A stretch of DNA of 64,000 nt, taken from contig JBHGNT010000007.1 in assembly GCA_043228905.1 (NCBI GenBank), positions 20,832,001 through 20,896,000 of the forward strand, written 5' to 3'. Each line of letters starts with the position of its first letter. Position 1 is the stretch's first letter. This DNA is from Azolla caroliniana. Lineage: Eukaryota; Plantae; Polypodiophyta. Both the position numbers and the translations under genes were made by a program. Below are positions 1 to 11,991 of this stretch, in pieces. The notes below the pieces were generated by a model. The model saw only the letters and a program-made list of their open reading frames with translations, had not been told where the DNA came from and did no database searches.

Positions 1-609
1 TGGAGTTGTTTACGACTCTCTTCCATACCACCAGAGGAATTTCGATGCCCTATCTATTTACAACTAATGTCAGATCCAATCACCATATCCTCTGGACAAA
101 CCTATGAGAGAGTTTTGCATAGAGAAATGGTTTGGAGAGGGCCATGATACATGCCCATAAACTTAGCAAAAGCTCACCCACCTAGAGGTTACTCCCAATT
201 AGTGTGAAAGCTCTGATGATGAGTTGGTACGAGAGACATTTAGTACCTATCCCTCAGCATATTACACAAAGAATGATGGAGAATGTAGTTGCAAAATGAT
301 GATCCTCACCCATTTGTTCTATGGGCTGGTGTGGATCATTATCCACCACCAAGTGAGGTTTTCATAGCAAAATCAGAGTTTGTGAGTATTTCAATGATCC
401 TAAACTCCAATACTACTATTGCATCAGAATGGTCCTCGTACATGAATTGAGGGTCATCTGAGGTAGAGAAGGAAGGATCAACTGTGTGGTTCTTCCCTCC
501 CCTCTTGATGAAGAGATCAACACCGCAATCATTGCCGTCATTGCCGAAGCTGCCGCGATCCACTAGAAGTGAAAGGCGGGAATATGAATGGAAGCAAGAA
601 GAGAGGGGC

Positions 610-880
610 ATTCAAAAAGCGCAAGGGCAGATCGCAAAATTTCAAAAATTGGAGGGCATCAAAACCGAATTTCAGAAGTTCGAGGGCAGATGATGGAATT
701 TCAAAAGCTCGAGGTCATGTGACCAAATTTCAAAAACTTGAGGGTAGAAGACAAATTTTTAAAAGCTTAAAGGCAAAAGATGAAATTAAAAAAAAAAACT
801 GGAGGCTAGAAGAGAATATTTAAAAAAAAAAAACAGGAGGCCCTTGAAAACAAATTTTAAAAACTTTGAGCGCAAAATTT
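610..880. repeat. Degenerate ~30-bp tandem repeat (AAATTTCAAAAA..TTGAGGGC)
   Basis: Roughly 8 diverged units of 'aatttcaaaaa(c/t)t(t/c)gaggg'; probably retrotransposon non-coding sequence. Confidence 0.5.
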
Positions 881-1191
881 TAAAGACCAAAGGGTACAAA
901 ATATAAAACTCACTTCACATGATGAAAGAAAGAATACACAAATGCATAACACGATTTCACAACCCATGCCACAGGGAACTAGCCAATTGGTGTATGATCC
1001 AATCACGACTTGTGTTGACCGAATGAGAAGGTTCGAGTCAAGCAAAGCTCCGATCGAAGTTATCGATCGTAGAGCAGTGATCCGATCGAGGGATTTCCGA
1101 TTGTTGAGACGACCGATAAAGTTCCGGTCGCGAAGAGTTGTCATGGCGAGTGGGTTCACCGTGCAATGCACTGTCCCATAGGTGTGCCATG

Positions 1192-1421
1192 TGTTACCCG
1201 TAAGAATATACGGGGAGGCATAAGGGTATGTGTAATGATGTGGCTAATGTGTATGTGTAAAGTAAATGAGTGTGTGAGGATGAGTATGTGTATGGACACG
1301 TGCACAATTATGTGCATGTGTACAAGAATGTGTAACGGTCTTATTTATAACAGTCATGTAACCGTTACATTGGATGTATTATATAAACCCCTCTATGGGG
1401 TATGTAATGAGATATACATTT
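1192..1421 (+). mobile_element. LTR fragment, same family as 49314-49643
   Basis: Starts TGTT; shares 'gagtgtgtgaggatgagtatgtgt..gcacaattatgtgcatgtg..tattatataaacccc..atatacattttt' with 49395-49525. Confidence 0.55.
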
Positions 1422-1650
1422 TTCAATGGGAAATGGAGAGTATGTGTGGATTTTAGACCATTGAATGTAGCACCCAAACGACATTATTATTCAATGGCCT
1501 TCCAAGATGAGGCATTAGATGGAGTGGCTAGACATGAAAGGTATTCAATATGTGATGGTTTTTGTAGATATTTTCAAATAGAAATGAATTTAATTGAAGT
1601 TAATAAGAATGATGAAGTATGGGAAAGTCATATTATATGGAGAGTGAGAT
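1420..1650 (+). pseudogene. Ty3/gypsy reverse transcriptase fragment
   Basis: NGKWRVCVDFRPLN...FQDEALD.VARHERYSICDGF..YFQI matches the gypsy RT N-terminal motifs. Confidence 0.8.
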
Positions 1651-1689
1651 GATGTTTAGAAGGAAACAAAAAAGTTAGTTGTGTGACAG

Positions 1690-2758
1690 TTACCTCATTC
1701 TTCTTTATCTCCATATCTTCTTGCATATAATTAGCGTTCGCCCCATCATATTCTTAAACATCTATATCCCATTACAATTCCCAGGTCGTAATATTTAGAG
1801 CTTTTCATTTAGTGTTTTACTTCTTCATCAATCAATCTTGTTTTCCTTGTTTATACATAATTGAGTTCGTCTTGTTTTATTTTGCAACTCGGTGACCCCC
1901 TATACTCTCTCATCACCACCCCTCATTCAATCATGAATACCATACCATCTCTAAGTATTCATGATGACCCTCCTCTTGTCCTTCCTATAGGGCACAATGC
2001 CTGCATAAATTCTCTCCCCATGTTAATTTTTAACAATTGTATACCTGTTTCTTGTGCTGGCAAGTTTTCGATAATGGTAGTGGTACTATAGACATTGCCC
2101 AACTCTTCTTGTTGATTCTCCTCATCATCGGTCATCATTGTTGGTTGACTTGGAGATATGGTGGGTTTGTCATTTTGAGTGTAGGAGAAGGTAACATCAC
2201 CACCATCAGAAACTCCGATACGCACGTTCAAAGTCTCCTTACCTACACGATAACGAAGAGAATAGAATACAATTCTTGGAATTTTCTCAATTGGCTAGCT
2301 AAATCTTTCTATTTCTAGCTGTGCATGCAACATCTTATAGGATAGGATGGCATTCATGATCTTCCGGCAATAACCATCCATTGTATGGCAATGCAACCAT
2401 ATGATTATTCTTTTACCATTAGTGTGCTGAGAAATGGCTCTAAGCAATCGGCATTAGATGATTTCTCACACATTAATTGTGACAAAAATTTGCATCGTTC
2501 CATTATAATTGCACAATGGATGGTTCTTGGCCCAAGATTCATGAATACCATACCATATATTATTCATAAGGATCCTCCATCATCCTGGTACAATTATCAT
2601 GGTCAGGTTTTTGTGCGTTAACATGGATCTCCACGATCTGTTTGGCTGCACAGAAAAGACAGAGGATGAAATATTAGTAATTCGCTCTTTTCTATACCAA
2701 ACCCTAACTAAACCCTAAAGCACAAGTAAAGCTTACCTGGACAAACAATTTTCGCCAT
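1690..2758 (-). pseudogene. Unknown spliced gene-like repeat, copy A
   Basis: ATG at 2758 (MAKIVCP), GTAAGC donor at 2736, TGCAG acceptor at 2646, further exon from 2242 (GKETLNVRIGVSDGGDVTFSYTQNDKPTISPSQ...); homologous to 37790-38420 and 53110-54819. Confidence 0.5.
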
Positions 2759-2779
2759 TGTAGGTATACAAACACACAG

Positions 2780-2782
<3 letters not shown>

Positions 2783-2827
<45 letters not shown>

Positions 2828-2996
2828 ATGAAGTGGTAGCGGAAAGAGAACTCCAGGACGCGTAAGACACACGTGCATGGAAGGTTCCTCATATTTTCTG
2901 TTTTTAACTGCACAAGAAAGACAGGGACTCTGCCGTTGACCTAAAAAAGACAGATTCGGCATATTTTCTGGGTGGACATGTAAGACCATCTCGGGT

Positions 2997-3040
<44 letters not shown>
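2783..3040. repeat. Two (GA)n microsatellites (2783-2825, 2999-3040)
   Basis: Perfect dinucleotide runs; similar tracts at 9415, 11955, 32797, 36988, 38440, 45293. Confidence 0.95.
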
Positions 3041-3043
<3 letters not shown>

Positions 3044-4233
3044 TCCATGACCCACCCCAATGGAGACCATGGATTCAACTTCTGACTTTGACAATTTTTA
3101 CCGTATTGCGTATCTGTATTGAATAGAAAATATTCCCTATAATATATAGTTACATGTTCTTCTTTAGTTTTGAAGCGTTTGTGGAACAATGAGAATCACG
3201 TGATGAAACTCAAATTTTCATTATGTATGTATATGATTTTCTTCTTCTTTGTTATGGAAACCAAAAAAAAAATTTGTATTATATCATTGTAAAAAAAAAG
3301 AAAAGCATGCACGATTTGGATGTCGTACGGCTTCCAATCTCCTTGCGCGAAGTTTCTCTTATGGTGTTTTGAATCTTTTCGGTATAGTAGTACAAAATTA
3401 TTCATCAATAAAACAAAAGGCACAACTACTTGTAACACAAGCTTACTTGCAATTAGATCTTGAAGAATTATTTTATATATAAAGTTCATGAAGAAATTAC
3501 TTTAATATTGATTCAAATGCCTACCGATTATCTTCGCCGTGATACTTTTCAAATATTAGGATCCTAAAATACCTTTCAACATCACATAATGCATGCAAAT
3601 ATTAGGTGAACAAATAATTAAAACTATAATTCAAAATACTTATAAAGAACAAAACTCATAGAAAGGTTAGAGAAAAAGCAATCTTTATGAATATTATAGC
3701 CTCAATTTTCAAACCTCTTGGGCAATACGTTTAGTGACAAGACATTTGATCAATTATAATTTATGACCAAGAAAAGGTATGGAAAAGTTAAGTGAATGGT
3801 ATATTATTCTCATTGCTTGCTCAAGCATTGATAAGTGAATTGTCAGTTAGTTAAATATGTTGCATGACACTACGCAATTCAAAAATTAAGAGATAATGAA
3901 ATTGCATTTCAGAAAAATGGAGATGTGTCACCAATTAGTGTCTAAGTATGAAATATGCCGATGTTTGGCATCTCATTAAGGAATTGTGGGTGTACTTCAC
4001 ATTTAATTATGGAAATAAATGATGGAGAGAGAAAGAAAGAAAAGAAAGATATATTAACGTCTTCTAAGGCCAAAATTGGCCCATGAGACAAAAGGTGTAC
4101 AACAAAAATGGGATATTTACCCATTCATCGAAAGTAAAAATAAAAATAAGATAAAATAGAGTTTAAGCTAAATAGTTCTAAGAAAACAACAAACATGTTC
4201 TACAATGAGAATGATTCTATACTAGGCCTAATT

Positions 4234-7200
4234 TCATTTCCATCCAAGTCTCTCGAAGAGAAGCGGGGGGTCAAAGGGTTGCCATGATGTGGATGTGGCC
4301 CGTGGTCCCCATGTAAGAGGTACCCCAACCATAGCTTCGAGTCGACGTAGCTCACGTTCCCTTATCTTCTTAATCTTTTCTACTCCACGTTGACTTGTGT
4401 TGAAGCCCAACATCCGAGGACGTTTGGTTGCTCTTTGTATTTCTGCTTCCTCAAGGGAGAGGCCGAGCGGCATAAGTGTATCCACATTCATCGTCTCCCC
4501 ATGTTCCTGAAAAATTACACTAGGTACATGTTGATGAGTAGTAAAAGGGTTATGATTAACACTTTGTAATTTATCCTCCCTATGTTGTTTTAGCTCTAAG
4601 ATATACCTACCTAGTCTCTTTACACTCGGGGTATCTAATAGTTTGGAGAGGGTGGGAGAGGGTCCTAGTATGTCTTGGTATTCCGCCCGTATCTCGGCAT
4701 AAGTTGGGCACTTGCATGTGAAGTGATACTCATCCTCTATCTCTATGTGGCATAACCTACATAGCCTTTCCTCTCTAGGGACTCTATTAGCTCGACCATT
4801 CTCAATCTCAAGTTGGTGAGATGATATCCTAAGTTGTCCAATGGCCACCCTTAGTGCATTTGATAAGAAAGTATCTAGGTATCTTAGTCGTGTAATAAAC
4901 CCTAACTTAGAGAAGTGCAAGAAGTGTTCCTTATAGTACACCATTTTAGATGGGAGTGGCTCTCGTGGGGTGATCCATTTGTATCGAGTGTAGATTTGCC
5001 ATATTTCTTGGCGTATCACTTTATTACGATCTTCACGAGAGATTAAAGTTTGATCAGTCCCATGGTTGTACTTAAGGGGAGGTAGGTTATTAATGTCTAT
5101 GCCATTTGCAAATAACCAACTCACCACAATGCTATACCAAGAGTTGGTGTCTCCAGACACATGTAAGGATCGGGATGCCTCAAAGGCTCGACGGGATATC
5201 CTATCTTGTGGTTGACTATGTATCCGATGAATAAAAGCTACCACTTGAAAGAGTGCTTCTACTAACATCGGGGGTAGGCTAAACTCCGCTCTAATAATGT
5301 CATGTGGTACTGTCGATTTGCTTCGGAGTTGACGTGATAACATCACCACTAAAGGTCTCTCCAATTGCGTCCACATGAAAGATGGTAGACCTGGAGCCCA
5401 TACTACTGATGCATACATGAGGGACGGGGTCACTAATGAGTCGAAAAGCCATCCCTTAGTCCGTGGCTCTTGAAAGTATGCTTGGTGGCATTGTCTCTCT
5501 AAGAGTGAGAGGGATGCATATCCTCTCGTTAGCCTATCTTTGGCTGCCTGGGTCATCGAGAATTTACCTGAGCGAGCACTAAAAGTGACTCCCAAGTATA
5601 CATAAGATCCCACCACCTCAACTAGTTTATGAGAGAGGATGAGGTGACATTTACTCCTAACTCTGGACGATGTATGAAAGATAAGGACTTTAGTTTTCGC
5701 TAGATTCACTACCAGTCCTCGTTGTGTACAAAAGTCATCTAGGGCATTAAGATGCTTTTGTAGGTCGTGTTCCGACTCCGAGAGCAAGACAATGTCGTCT
5801 GCGTAGAGTAAGAGACTAACTTGCGTATCCCCAATAGCCACTCCTTTGCCTCCCTTACGAGCAATAAAATCAGTGATCTCATCAATGTAGATCCCAAAAA
5901 GAGTCGGTGATAGGGGGCAACCCTGTTTTACACCAATGGTGCTAGTGAAACAATCGGATAGGCCACCTGGGCATCTTACGTGCCCATAGACTTGCTCATA
6001 TAGGGCATAAATGGCCCAAATCATGTCATTTGGTATCTCCAAGCTCTTAAGTCTATCAAACAACCTCTCCCTAGGAACTGTATCAAAGGCTTTGCGAAAG
6101 TCCACAAAGCAACAATATAGTTTCTTCTTACGAGCCTTTGTTTGGTCAATTAAGCACCTAAGTGTGAAGATGTGGTCAATAGTGGAGAAGGCTCGTCTAA
6201 AGCCAGCCTGCTCAGGTGCTCGAAGACTTAATGTTTCCATATAATCACTGAGCTCCGCTTCCATTACTGCACCATATAGTTTAGCAAGCGTATGACCTAT
6301 CATAATGGTCCTATATGTATTTGGGTCCATTGGGTCCCCTCCTTTATGTATAAGGGCCACAGTGTTCATGGCCCATTGTGGTGGAAAACCCTCGGCGAGG
6401 GCGCGGTTGAAGATTAGAGTGAGAAGGGGAGCTAGGCACTCTCGAGCATATATGATGTGCTCGGCTCGCAATCCTGTGTGGTCCATGGATTTCCTATGTT
6501 GTAATTTTTTTATGACCTTCGTGACCCTAGAGGTCGTGAAAAGTGTCCCCATGGTAGGTCGAGGTGTGGAGGGCATTGGAATGGGTGGTTGGTTCGGGAC
6601 ATGGTAGAGTCTCTCGGTATATGTGTGCCAAATATTGGGATCCTCGATGGGTGTTTGTGGTCTCGGTTCCCGTAGTCTCTTCCATGCAAGGGCACAATCC
6701 CTACTCATGAGCATATGGTAGAGTTCCCAATATTGAGATGCTTCCCAAGCTCGTCTTTTACGACGTGTCATCTTGCGCATCTCTTTGCGAGCCTGTACTA
6801 AGGAGATAGTACCACTGAGTCGCGATACTTTAAGTTGTCTATACAACTCTCTACAATCCTCGTCATACCACTTGTTTTGTGGCATAGACCCTATTCTACT
6901 ATGATTGGAGTCTTTCGTGTATGGGAAGCTACTAGTGGCGGCTGAGTGAAGGATGTGTGTGAGTTCTGTAGTGAGGTTCTCTAAAGGCAAGGAAGAATCA
7001 AACGAGGAAAGATGGGCTTGAACATGTCGAGAGTAGATGTCCGCGAGCTCATGCGTGAAATGTATTATAGTGTGATGGGTTGGTTTACTAGAGTTGGTGG
7101 TGTGGGAGGTGTCACATTTTAGCTCAAAGTATAGGAAGGTATGGTCTGCCCCAATGGGGCATGGGGCCACCCGGAAGGAGCTAACCATGTGGGTAGCTTC

Positions 7201-7980
7201 AGGGCGTCCTATTAGATAATCAACGGTGCTTTCCCCTCCTCCATGTGGGAAACATGTGAGCTCCTCCGAGCCCGGCCACTTGGCTAAGCCATTATATATG
7301 ATCATCTGGTGTCGGCTTCCAAGTTCAAGCAGATGATGGCCAAAGCTTGTGGCATCCGCACCTTGATCCTTCGATGTACGTGTTATGCCTAAGGCTAAAG
7401 GGTCGACATTCACCATTTCTAGGTTTCTATCCATCTGAAATATTGTGCATTGTCGGGACTGGGTTCTCGCATTGAAATCTCCTACCAGGAAGACTTCCCC
7501 TTGAGAAGAATATCGGATTATGTCATCCGACAAAGGTTCGTATGGAGAAGGCCCATGTGGCGTTCCTTCATCAACTATACTCGCCTCTCCAGCCATATTG
7601 TAGCGGGACCCTTTCGGGGGGAAGTAACAAACTGCGATAAATATCACCTGATCCTTACTAGTGAGGACTTTCACCCACATAAAACGGGCTTCTGGGTCTG
7701 ACTTTAGTATTTCTATCCTATTATTTATCTCTTTCCGAAATAATATCGCAACCCCCCCAGACCCTCTAGTAGTGTGTCGACGTGAGGTTTGTCTAAAGAC
7801 AGATTCCCAACGAAAACCGTCAACTCGTGGCAGTCCTCGATTTGGGCTTTGATGTGTTTCTACTACAAAAAGTATATCAGATACTTTCAAAATCTCCTCT
7901 AGACGGCCAGGATGTGTCCAAAGTGCGCCGTTACAGTTCCATAAAGTGATCCTAAGTTTATTATCTGTCACATGGGCCAC
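4234..7980 (-). CDS. LINE ORF2: APE endonuclease + reverse transcriptase + C-terminal Cys/His motif
   Basis: EN motifs WNCNG, VETH, GSGGVA, YFPP, GDFNAR, STVDY, ADH; RT motifs YRTI, QAGFR, FVDFRKAFD, GVKQGCPLSP, LLYADD, YLGV; C-terminal HQLEIENGR..RLCRLC..EDEYHF..CP.Y; no AUG before about residue 100. Confidence 0.93.
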   Translation of the reverse strand: MAHVTDNKLRITLWNCNGALWTHPGRLEEILKVSDILFVVETHQSPNRGLPRVDGFRWESVFRQTSRRHTTRGSGGVAILFRKEINNRIEILKSDPEARFMWVKVLTSKDQVIFIAVCYFPPKGSRYNMAGEASIVDEGTPHGPSPYEPLSDDIIRYSSQGEVFLVGDFNARTQSRQCTIFQMDRNLEMVNVDPLALGITRTSKDQGADATSFGHHLLELGSRHQMIIYNGLAKWPGSEELTCFPHGGGESTVDYLIGRPEATHMVSSFRVAPCPIGADHTFLYFELKCDTSHTTNSSKPTHHTIIHFTHELADIYSRHVQAHLSSFDSSLPLENLTTELTHILHSAATSSFPYTKDSNHSRIGSMPQNKWYDEDCRELYRQLKVSRLSGTISLVQARKEMRKMTRRKRRAWEASQYWELYHMLMSRDCALAWKRLREPRPQTPIEDPNIWHTYTERLYHVPNQPPIPMPSTPRPTMGTLFTTSRVTKVIKKLQHRKSMDHTGLRAEHIIYARECLAPLLTLIFNRALAEGFPPQWAMNTVALIHKGGDPMDPNTYRTIMIGHTLAKLYGAVMEAELSDYMETLSLRAPEQAGFRRAFSTIDHIFTLRCLIDQTKARKKKLYCCFVDFRKAFDTVPRERLFDRLKSLEIPNDMIWAIYALYEQVYGHVRCPGGLSDCFTSTIGVKQGCPLSPTLFGIYIDEITDFIARKGGKGVAIGDTQVSLLLYADDIVLLSESEHDLQKHLNALDDFCTQRGLVVNLAKTKVLIFHTSSRVRSKCHLILSHKLVEVVGSYVYLGVTFSARSGKFSMTQAAKDRLTRGYASLSLLERQCHQAYFQEPRTKGWLFDSLVTPSLMYASVVWAPGLPSFMWTQLERPLVVMLSRQLRSKSTVPHDIIRAEFSLPPMLVEALFQVVAFIHRIHSQPQDRISRRAFEASRSLHVSGDTNSWYSIVVSWLFANGIDINNLPPLKYNHGTDQTLISREDRNKVIRQEIWQIYTRYKWITPREPLPSKMVYYKEHFLHFSKLGFITRLRYLDTFLSNALRVAIGQLRISSHQLEIENGRANRVPREERLCRLCHIEIEDEYHFTCKCPTYAEIRAEYQDILGPSPTLSKLLDTPSVKRLGRYILELKQHREDKLQSVNHNPFTTHQHVPSVIFQEHGETMNVDTLMPLGLSLEEAEIQRATKRPRMLGFNTSQRGVEKIKKIRERELRRLEAMVGVPLTWGPRATSTSWQPFDPPLLFERLGWK

Positions 7981-7986
7981 ACGCCG

Positions 7987-8778
7987 TCAATTGGCGGCAC
8001 GATCATTTATTATGACACGTCCGTCCCGGTAGAAGGCACGATGCCCCTCTTTACGAGCTTGTATGACTCGTGGCATACAAGTTTTACGATGCTCAATTTG
8101 CATCTTGGTCAAGTCTTCATCGAGGTAGATAGGCTCCCCGCCCAAGCCTCGAAGAATTGGTCTCTTTTTAAAAAAGGCGATTCTAGATTCTGAGTCCTTA
8201 AACTGAAGGACTAAAGCTCTTTTCTTAGTTGTGTCACGCCCTACCCTCCAGGTTTTAGTGATTGGTAGGGCTTCGTACCCTAACATTTTCCCTAATGTTT
8301 GTGCATCTTCATCCGGAGATGCCCCTTCCTTGAGCCCAGTAACTCGTACATTTAGGCGTCGAGCTTGACGCATTTTTTCTTCCTCGAGGGTAGTGTTTAC
8401 AATGTTTTCATCCTTTAGTTCTTTTTTAATATTACGTTTTACTACATCAACCCACCCAATTTTAGCTAATTCCATATCACTTTTAACCTCTTCTTTAACC
8501 TTTTTTATCTCGTCCTTAATATCCTCTAGGGAAGATATTTCACCATCTTCCCTAGATATCTCGAGGTCCTTAACTTGTTTTCGGAGGTTCACATTGTCTA
8601 CCTTAAGTTTCGCTATTTCCGCAAAAAGTAGTTCTTTTTCTTCCTTATCTTTTTGTTTTTCAGCTTCAATTTCTTTCGCCCATTTTTCAAATTTTACTAA
8701 CCGGTTAAGGACATCTAAAAATTCTTCCTTACTTATCATTTCGTCGTGTGTTTCCTTATGGTTTCGTCGAGAAGTCAT
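7987..8778 (-). CDS. LINE ORF1 (coiled coil + RRM-like domain)
   Basis: ATG at 8778; long E/K coiled coil, then RRLNVRVTGLKE...WRVGR...ALVLQF...IYLDEDLT typical of L1/L2/CR1-type ORF1. Confidence 0.85.
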   Translation of the reverse strand: MTSRRNHKETHDEMISKEEFLDVLNRLVKFEKWAKEIEAEKQKDKEEKELLFAEIAKLKVDNVNLRKQVKDLEISREDGEISSLEDIKDEIKKVKEEVKSDMELAKIGWVDVVKRNIKKELKDENIVNTTLEEEKMRQARRLNVRVTGLKEGASPDEDAQTLGKMLGYEALPITKTWRVGRDTTKKRALVLQFKDSESRIAFFKKRPILRGLGGEPIYLDEDLTKMQIEHRKTCMPRVIQARKEGHRAFYRDGRVIINDRAAN

Positions 8779-8919
8779 GTTGTAATTCAAAGAATAAACG
8801 AAAGAAAAAGTCAAAAAGGGCAGAAAAAACTTAGCCGAGCATCGATGTCTTGCGCGCTAGGTACAAGTGTAGAAGCACATTTGTACTCTCTCGTCACGAC
8901 GCCGTAAGAGGTGTAGGTG

Positions 8920-9410
8920 ATAGCGACGGTCGACACCGATGACAACAACGACGGCGACAAGGGCACCGATTACCCACAACAGCGACGGGTGACGACGATG
9001 GCCAAGAACCGACGACGACGGCGACGGCGGCAGACGTTAAACGTCAGACGACGGCGGACGGCGACAGTCGGCAGCGGCAGCAGACGGCGGCTGACAGCGG
9101 TTGCAGACGACGACGGCAGCAGACAGCAGTTGCAGACGACGGCGGCAGCTGACAGTAGTTGCAGACGACGGCGACAGTCTGCAGACGTCAGCGGCAGAAA
9201 ACGGAGGCAACAGCAGGCAACAGTCAGCAGACGGCAGACAGCAGACGGCGGTAGCAGACGACGACGACCGTCGACAGACGACGGCGACGACGGCAGCAGG
9301 CGACGGCGGCGTCAGCAGCAGCAGCGACAACAGGCGGCGTCGTCGGCAGCAACAGACGGCGGCGACAGCAGGCGACGCGGCTGCAGACGACGGCGGCTGC
9401 AGACGACGGT

Positions 9411-9414
<4 letters not shown>
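8920..9414. repeat. GC-rich (GAC/GGC/CAG) low-complexity tract ending at (GA)n; possible LINE 5'UTR
   Basis: Reiterated 'gcagacgacggcggc' words; CpG-rich; directly upstream of ORF1. Confidence 0.6.
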
Positions 9415-9446
<32 letters not shown>

Positions 9447-9659
9447 TTGGGAGGGATTCCTGACGGAGCCAATTTATTTTGGGTTTCGTTTTCTGTTTTT
9501 GTTTTTGGGAGCCCTGTTAGAATATTAAATATTAGAAATAAGACGTTATTATAAATAACAAGTATATCATAAATAAAGAAAATAGGAATAAATAATGTAA
9601 CCATGTGAGTTTTGTTCACACTAAGGGATAGAAAACTCCATTCATGTGAGATTTGATCA

Positions 9660-11949
9660 CAATGAACATGTTACCGGTCTAGGTGAACATGGCGTTGAAT
9701 CCTTGTCCTTTGGGTTTCGGCTCAAGGGTATTGTGGTCAAGGAAGGAGTGCGAAGGAGTGTAATCGTAGCTCGGGTTGCTATTTGCAAGAATCATGTTGG
9801 GTTTCTCGATTGTGGAGACTGTGGAGCTTTACGTTGACGGCTACAACTGACTTGTTACGCACTAACACACTGACAAAGTACATGGAGTCGACACTGGTAG
9901 CTCAACATAGAATAGAGACACAGAAAATAGGCAATAGATTCTATATTCAAAATCTCTTCATACAAAAACTATGATTAGATTTTTACAAGTTTTCCATGCC
10001 CTTAATATAGGGTCATGGGCGGTTACGCATAGAGTGTGAACCGTTGTCCTTCACGGATGTTGTAGCTGTTTTACGTTTTCTTCTTCTTTACTTCTTTCCG
10101 GCCCCACCCATCTTCTTTACTAGGCCATAACCGCCCGCTTGTCTTTTCAGCCGCTTCGTCCTTTCCCACTTGGTCATCCAATGTAACCAACACATGCCAC
10201 ACCTGTGGGATAGTGCCTACACGTTGTCTTCCAATGCCTGCTCGAGGAGTACTATGGTTTCCGTCACTTGGTCATCCAATGCAGCCAACACATGCCATAC
10301 AAGTGGAACAGTGCCTACATGGTCGATCCCAAAAGGCAATTTATGCGTTGTCGAAAATGTGTAGGATGCTTGGCTTCGGTAGGGTCGTGTCAGTGGGGAC
10401 AACGAAGAGAGTATCTGGGGGTGTCGGGGCTTGCTTCGTTCGCTCTAGTGGGAGAGGCTTGGTGAGGCCGGTTGGCTCCATTGGCTCTGTTTCAACCATT
10501 GGTTCAGCCGTTGGTTCGGCTGCAGTTGTCCTTTCCAACGCTTGTTCTACTTTTGTCATCTGTTTTGGTTCTGGGTCTCCTTCCTCGTGGCTTGCTTGGG
10601 GATTCATATTTAGGGGCTCCTCTGTCCGAGTATGTTCCCATGGCGTTTCTTCTGTCGGGGTTTCAATAGGGTCCGGACACACCTCTGGTTGCGGCTTCTG
10701 CGTGGGGGGTTTTCTTCCGAACATTGGTCCTCCGACCTTTCGTGTTGTGGAGGTAGGGGAGATATATTATCATTGTCTTCCAATGCATGCTCGAGGACTA
10801 CTATGGTTTCCGTCCCTTCTCCTTGCTTTGCGTGTTTGCATTCGTGTTCATATGCTTGGAGTTCGAGCGAGGTTTTGATCTGGCTATTGCCAAATTCCTG
10901 TAATAACTACATGATTTCGTCAGAGTGGCGATTGGCCAAGGCTTGATAGTTATGCACAAGGTCTTCTTAGACCATTGCGATGCTCTCTTTATTTATTTTT
11001 TAAAATCCCTTGCCTTCTTTCTATTGATTCTCCTGGTCATCCCGATATCTATGAAGCTCCACTGCTTGTTTAGCCTAGTCAGCGTACTCCTTGAGCTGGC
11101 ATGTGAATCTCTCCCTGTTCATTGTTAGCAAGACCTTGATTATTGCAGTGTTCATCTCAGTTCTCGCCCTCATTTCTTGGATGGTCGACTTGAGGTTTGT
11201 GATTTTGTTGGTATTGGAGGTCGCCTACGTCTTGTACCGTGACTTTACCTCTTGCCAAAGCTTCGACTCTTTTTCGTGTGGTTCTTCGAACTGGACCATC
11301 TCTATATGCAAGCCTTCCTAGATCTCTTTCGATAGCTGGCGCTCGTTGTCAATCTAGTCCTCGGACCACTTGCGTTGTTTCTTCATGGCTTCACGTAGTT
11401 CATGGATGATTACTTTGGATTGGGCGACGGCTTCTATTTGTTGGTTGAACACTCGATTGCTTGTTTGTGAGCCAAAATTTTGGCATCCAACTTCTGCTGT
11501 ATTGCTTTTACTCTCTTTCATGCATTCGCTCGGGCGTCCTTTTCCCTATTCGACGACAGTCAAAGTTTGGCGCAGAGTCACTCCACCTCTATCTCGGCGA
11601 TGTCGGCCACTTTTTTCGCTTTTGCGATTATTGCTGTCTGGGCCTCGACCTCTTCTATGATTCTTTGAACTTTGGGTGTGGGAGGGCATGTGTGTTGGTT
11701 GTGGTGGTTGCTTCCTGTAGGCGGTGCTCTAAGTCCACGATAGTCTTCTAGGCCTCTTCTAGCTACTATTTTGCGTACTTTTCGGCCTTCTTTGCTCTTT
11801 TATTCTTGGAGACCATATCCTTGGCTCCTACCCGTACTATGGCTAACTTCCTGTGGACTTCAACTAAGGCGATATTCAATGTACGGAGCCGATTCTGAAA
11901 TAGCCTTCATCTACATTCCTCGTACGGTCGATTTTGCCCAATGCACGTT

Positions 11950-11950
<1 letters not shown>
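9660..11950 (-). mobile_element. Degraded retrotransposon-like remnant (LTR-like segment plus P/E/T-rich and coiled-coil ORF debris)
   Basis: Minus-strand TATA/polyA-like LTR stretch at 9900-10010; duplicated TETIVLLE(Q/H)ALED module at 10225 and 10775; stop-riddled ORF. Confidence 0.35.

Positions 11951-11991
<41 letters not shown>

Larger units (their letters stand above)
4030..8915 (-). mobile_element. Apparently full-length two-ORF non-LTR retrotransposon (RTEX/L2-like LINE)
   Basis: Uninterrupted ORF1 and ORF2; ~180-bp 3'UTR ending in a (TTTC)n-like tail at ~4030-4050; 5' end uncertain (8915, or extending to 9414). Confidence 0.9.

Noticed and set aside
2699-2720. Telomere-like AAACCCT repeats (also 54737, 60630-60680)
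   Set aside because: Only two or three dispersed units; at most telobox-like motifs.
8917-9619. Several 120-203 aa Arg/Gln/Ala-rich ORFs
   Set aside because: Artefacts of a GC-rich low-complexity tract that is open in many frames.
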